A DNA stretch of 63,876 nucleotides, counting the filler, from Hyphochytrium catenoides (taxonomy: Eukaryota > Protista > Hyphochytriomycota): the NCBI GenBank assembly GCA_900088475.1. It is 11 parts of 11 records of this genome, joined end to end, with 100 filler letters (N's around TTAATTAATTAA, not from the genome) between each part and the next. Parts side by side here need not be neighbours in the genome. Positions count along the whole stretch, not along the records: positions 62,386 to 63,876 come from FLMG01000338.1; 10 more parts are not named here. One strand, given 5' to 3'. Position 1 is the stretch's first letter; the number at the start of each line of letters is the position of its first letter. A program made the position numbers and the translations under genes. Below the pieces are notes generated by a model. That model was not told the DNA's origin, did no database searches, and saw only the letters and a list, made by a program, of their open reading frames with translations. Positions 63,751-63,876 of this stretch are shown here, piece after piece.

Positions 63751-63876
63751 ATGTCTACTCTGACAAGCGGTAACATCAAATTCCTGGCGGTGGCGCGTGC
63801 CTCTGACAAGGCCGTGCTAGCCCATCACATTCACTCCGCGAAGGATGGAGAGAAGAACACGTACATGGACATGATG
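63751..63876 (+). CDS. N-terminus of a probable longin-domain protein (VAMP7/Sec22-like)
   Basis: MSTLTSGNIKFLAVARASDKAVLAHH resembles the longin start I.(Y/F)..VAR..D..VLA. Only 42 codons are visible. Confidence 0.55.
   Translation, partial: MSTLTSGNIKFLAVARASDKAVLAHHIHSAKDGEKNTYMDMM

Overview
Intron-rich eukaryotic nuclear DNA in the standard genetic code. It is probably a stramenopile, inferred from the character of eIF2-beta and ATG9. The window is about 11 short contigs joined by artificial ~100-nt N-TTAATTAATTAA-N spacers, so adjacency across spacers cannot be trusted. The ORF track misses most real genes because they are spliced. By joining GT-AG exons by hand I recover: ATG9, eIF2-beta, a stand-alone peroxisomal MFE-2-type dehydrogenase ending in -AKL, RRP17/NOL12, a Stum/SPEC3-type membrane protein, the 3' end of a ubiquitin-specific protease, an F-box-like ankyrin protein, a membrane RING-H2 protein, the start of a longin-like protein, an LBF_2804-like membrane protein, and a large membrane-anchored protein with a PT-repeat stalk and LamG-like repeats. 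The first ~17 kb and several other stretches are decayed genes and transposon remnants, including a Copia gag relic and a CpG-decayed paralogue. Two leads stand out. (1) A ~5.2-kb block pairs an intact SAP-like/AT-hook/Myb-like gene with an intron-containing, decayed pogo-type DDE transposase, possibly inside degenerate inverted repeats. (2) One contig begins and ends with inverted copies of the same LamG-domain coding sequence. I found no unambiguous new system; both leads are hypotheses.
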